This document shows, piece by piece, positions 4,009 through 6,152 of a DNA stretch of 6,152 nt. Location of the stretch: the IMG/VR virus record IMGVR_UViG_3300045988_012363, positions 1 through 6,152 of that record; one strand, written 5' to 3'. Positions within the stretch are counted from its first letter, which is position 1; the number at the start of each line of letters is the position of its first letter. The DNA comes from a virus. The notes beneath the pieces were generated by a model. It was not told where the DNA came from. It saw only the letters and a list, made by a program, of their open reading frames with translations, and made no database searches. Both the position numbers and the translations under genes were made by a program.

Positions 4009-4841
4009 TTTTTAATATCACCGCCTTTTCCGCCGTGCGTTGCTCCGGCTTTACTTTTGTGTGTTTTGCTTCCCTTTGGTACGTTTTTTTCAATTGCTTT
4101 GCTTGTGTCGTCTCCGATTCCGGTTAGTGCTTTCATCAGTCCGTAGGGTGTCATTTGCGTTGTGCTTAGCATTTGTTGCCAGCTTTGTGCCGCGTTGTAC
4201 CAGTCGCTTTTGCTCCAGCTGCTGCTTTCGTATGCGTTAGGTACAAATCCTCCGCTTCGGCTTACTCCTAGTGCGCTGCTGCTTGCAAGTCCCATACTTG
4301 CCCCACTGATTGTTCCTGCACTTCCTCCCGGTGTGCTTGCGCCGCCGTTTGCGAATGCTAAGATAGGGTTAATCCCTGCTTTTTTCATGTCCTCAACGGC
4401 TCGCTGGTACGCTGTGTTTGACATGTGCTCTTGCCATTCACGGTTTGCTAGTGCTTCTGCGCTGTTGTAGTTCATTGCTACACTGTTTTCGATGTGGTTG
4501 TATACGCCTTGCATGATTGCTTGTAGCGTGTTATAGCCCATCTGTTTTAACATACTCTGGCTGTTGTATTTGCCTTGCATGGCTCCTTCTTGTCCTTGGT
4601 ATGCGTATGCCTGTTTTAGCCAGTCGTTGACTTGCTGCACGTTGGTGCCCGCTTGACTTCCGCTTTCGGAGTGTCCGCCGCCTTGGCTTGTGCTGCCGCC
4701 GCTACTTTGGCTATTGCCTGTCTGTCCCCATCCGCCTAACGATCCGGCGATCTGTTTACCAGCGTTTGCAAATGTTCCAATTGTGTTTGCAATGTTTCCA
4801 GCTACGTTGAGCGCTGTTAAGAATCCTGAAAGTCCTGCCAT
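4005..4841 (-). CDS. VP2: Minor capsid / DNA pilot protein (VP2 / phiX174 H-like), 278 aa
   Basis: It contains the conserved gokushovirus VP2 core ...NREWQEHMSNTAYQRAVEDMKKAGINPILAF.... It has a hydrophobic glycine-rich N-terminus (MAGLSGFLTALNVAGNIANTIG) and two G/S-rich low-complexity stretches. It sits between VP1 and VP4. Confidence 0.9.
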   Translation of the reverse strand: MAGLSGFLTALNVAGNIANTIGTFANAGKQIAGSLGGWGQTGNSQSSGGSTSQGGGHSESGSQAGTNVQQVNDWLKQAYAYQGQEGAMQGKYNSQSMLKQMGYNTLQAIMQGVYNHIENSVAMNYNSAEALANREWQEHMSNTAYQRAVEDMKKAGINPILAFANGGASTPGGSAGTISGASMGLASSSALGVSRSGGFVPNAYESSSWSKSDWYNAAQSWQQMLSTTQMTPYGLMKALTGIGDDTSKAIEKNVPKGSKTHKSKAGATHGGKGGDIKK

Positions 4842-4870
4842 TTTAAAAATAGCCCGGATTTCTCCGGGCT
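4842..4870 (-). terminator. Intrinsic-terminator-like hairpin between VP1 and VP2
   Basis: On the gene strand the sequence is AGCCCGGA-GAAA-TCCGGGCT (4870-4851): an 8-bp stem with 6 GC pairs and a GNRA-type tetraloop. It is followed by ATTTTTAAA (4850-4842) and then the VP2 ATG at 4841. Confidence 0.55.
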
Positions 4871-4880
4871 TCCTCCTTTC

Positions 4881-6152
4881 TTACAGTTTGTACAAGCCCG
4901 GTACACTGTATAGTGGCATCCGTCTTGTGGTTTTGTTTGCTACGCGGATAGCTCCGAAAAATTGCGGCTCATTCTGTATGACGAGTGTTCGCGCAATTTC
5001 GTTTTTGCCTTCTTCCATCCAGCCTTGCGATAGTGTTGGTGCGGTTGTATAATTGTCTGCGTAGTGCCAGAAATCCAACGTGCCTGTTGCGTTGCTTCGC
5101 ATGAGGCCGCTTACCCGGTTTGGTTTCATTCGGTAGTCCGCCCAGGCCTCCTGGTAGCCGAACGTTTCTTCGTCCGTTTCCGTGCCGGTCAACATGATTT
5201 CCTTTTTCTTTACGGGCTGTTCGCCTAGATTTGCAAACTGCGGTACATAGTAGTCCAGTCTGTCTTCTCGGCTCCAGAAACGTTCCAAGCCTTGCTGATA
5301 ACTGCGATTGTGTCGCACACAACAGACACCAATTACAAATCCATGCTCTTCAAAAGATTTGGTAAAAGAGCTTTCGTTTATCGGCGTCACTGACATTGCA
5401 CCAGTTTCGCCCAGCGGTGTATTATCGTTTTCCGCTGTCTGCACGATTTGGTTGATATTGATGTGATATCTGCCGCCGCCCAGGTATTCTGGAATCTGTA
5501 CTGTTTTGTCGCTGATAGTTACATTCCACAGTGCTTGTACCTGTTCACGGTATCGGCTGCCGCCTCTAGCTAGTGCCTCGTAGTACTGCTGTACTGCTAC
5601 GGCTTTTCTCAAGTCGTTGATGGTTGTTGCGGTTACTGTGCTGAGGTCTGCGCCTAGATATGCTGCGTCTATTTCTGTGAGGTCTTTTTCGTAGGCGATT
5701 GATTTACCATTCAGCTGTACTGGAAATTTTCCATTAGCTGATACCATTCCGTTCAGCACGTTTTTTGTTGAGCTTTGTCCGTTTTGACTGAATCCAAGTA
5801 CGTTTAGATTTACTTCGTTTTTATTTTCCGCAGCTCCGCTGTATGCCTTTACCTCTGCGTTTCCTGTCATTGGAATTGTCACTGCCGGCCCGCGCTGAGG
5901 ATACGGTAAGCAGCTGGTAAAATAGTCATGGAATTTGTTTACTGGTAAGCACCTTCCGCCTTTATATGCTATTTTCAGCACTTGATCGATGCTTTCGGTG
6001 CTTGAGTCTTCGTATGTTACGTCAGCATCATCCGTTTTAATTACTGCTGCATTATCTACGTTTTCATCCCTAAAAAATTCGTTCCAGATTTTTACATACG
6101 CTCTAATAGGCAGCGCGTTGACTTCGAATTTTCCTTTTACTTTTGTCGGCAC
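4881..6152 (-). CDS. VP1: Major capsid protein (VP1 / F-like), C-terminal part. Bases 6054-6152 duplicate bases 1-99.
   Basis: The 423-aa track ORF contains ALPIRAYVKIWNEFFRDENV, GGSRYREQVQALWNV, IPEYLGGG and FVIGVCCVRH, and ends in FFGAIRVANKTTRRMPLYSVPGL. These are all typical microvirus capsid blocks. The M at 6152 in the track is an internal GTG (Val), not the start. The full gene runs 501..1 plus 6053..4881, which is 1674 nt and 557 aa. Confidence 0.93.
   Translation of the reverse strand: MPTKVKGKFEVNALPIRAYVKIWNEFFRDENVDNAAVIKTDDADVTYEDSSTESIDQVLKIAYKGGRCLPVNKFHDYFTSCLPYPQRGPAVTIPMTGNAEVKAYSGAAENKNEVNLNVLGFSQNGQSSTKNVLNGMVSANGKFPVQLNGKSIAYEKDLTEIDAAYLGADLSTVTATTINDLRKAVAVQQYYEALARGGSRYREQVQALWNVTISDKTVQIPEYLGGGRYHININQIVQTAENDNTPLGETGAMSVTPINESSFTKSFEEHGFVIGVCCVRHNRSYQQGLERFWSREDRLDYYVPQFANLGEQPVKKKEIMLTGTETDEETFGYQEAWADYRMKPNRVSGLMRSNATGTLDFWHYADNYTTAPTLSQGWMEEGKNEIARTLVIQNEPQFFGAIRVANKTTRRMPLYSVPGLYKL
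6054..6152. repeat. 99-nt exact direct terminal repeat (identical to 1-99), the overlap signature of a circular contig
   Basis: A base-by-base comparison shows 1-99 and 6054-6152 are identical. The repeat lies inside the capsid reading frame and preserves the frame across the junction. Confidence 0.95.

Noticed and set aside
766-5052. Plus-strand track ORFs (766..1290, 773..982, 1235..1672, 1894..2511, 4040..4240, 4162..4470, 4690..5052). Several are long and very hydrophobic and could be mistaken for membrane proteins or holins.
   Set aside because: Each lies antisense to a well-supported minus-strand gene. Their F/L/S/C-rich composition is what a T-rich antisense strand produces. I found no RBS-backed starts, and microvirus genomes are transcribed from one strand only.
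6054-6152. The 99-nt terminal direct repeat read as an LTR or target-site-duplication-like boundary of a mobile element, or as a real genomic duplication.
   Set aside because: The repeat lies inside the capsid reading frame and is needed only once to give an intact 557-aa protein. An exact length of 99 nt and exact identity fit an assembler overlap on a circular molecule.
6150-6152. The start codon (M) shown by the ORF track at 6152 for the capsid ORF.
   Set aside because: It is an internal GTG valine codon. The same codon at 97-99 is preceded by 134 further in-frame sense codons back to the SD-backed GTG at 501.
1-6152. A multi-gene defence, toxin-antitoxin or other novel system as suggested by the task framing.
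   Set aside because: Every ORF over 100 aa is a recognisable microvirus core gene or the M15 peptidase. I saw no nuclease, ATPase, methyltransferase, reverse-transcriptase or toxin-like domains. The unexplained content is limited to four tiny orphan genes and the noncoding elements, which are reported as hypotheses rather than as a system.

Overview
The window holds one complete, circularly permuted genome of a small ssDNA phage of the family Microviridae, with Gokushovirinae-like gene content, plus an assembly overlap. Bases 1-99 are identical to 6054-6152, so the unit genome is 6053 nt. The major capsid gene is split by the artificial linear ends. All credible genes are on the minus strand, which is therefore the mRNA-sense strand and presumably the packaged strand. 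They are tightly packed, with ATGA-type overlaps and Shine-Dalgarno sites inside upstream genes. Reading along the minus strand from a consensus promoter at 2444-2472, the order is: two orphan small genes, an internal promoter, a peptidase M15A-type cell-wall hydrolase, two more orphan small genes, a 33-aa basic J/ORF8-like peptide (below the ORF-track cutoff), a VP5-like small protein, scaffold VP3, major capsid VP1 (557 aa, wraps the junction), a terminator-like hairpin, pilot protein VP2, and HUH rolling-circle Rep VP4. I see no rRNA, tRNA, CRISPR array, transposase or recognisable multi-gene defence system. Two parts are not explained by the core microvirus plan. The first is a roughly 1.2-kb accessory block (1252-2418) containing the peptidase and four orphan genes. 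The second is a 516-nt gene-free region (2473-2988). That region carries seven exact same-orientation TTTCAACA octamers plus DnaA-box-like variants, a 43-nt almost pure alternating G/C hairpin, AGCGCT palindromes, tandem 9-mers, and a 13-bp hairpin whose loop decamer recurs 60 nt away. All functional readings of these noncoding elements are hypotheses. No searches or counts beyond hand inspection were possible.
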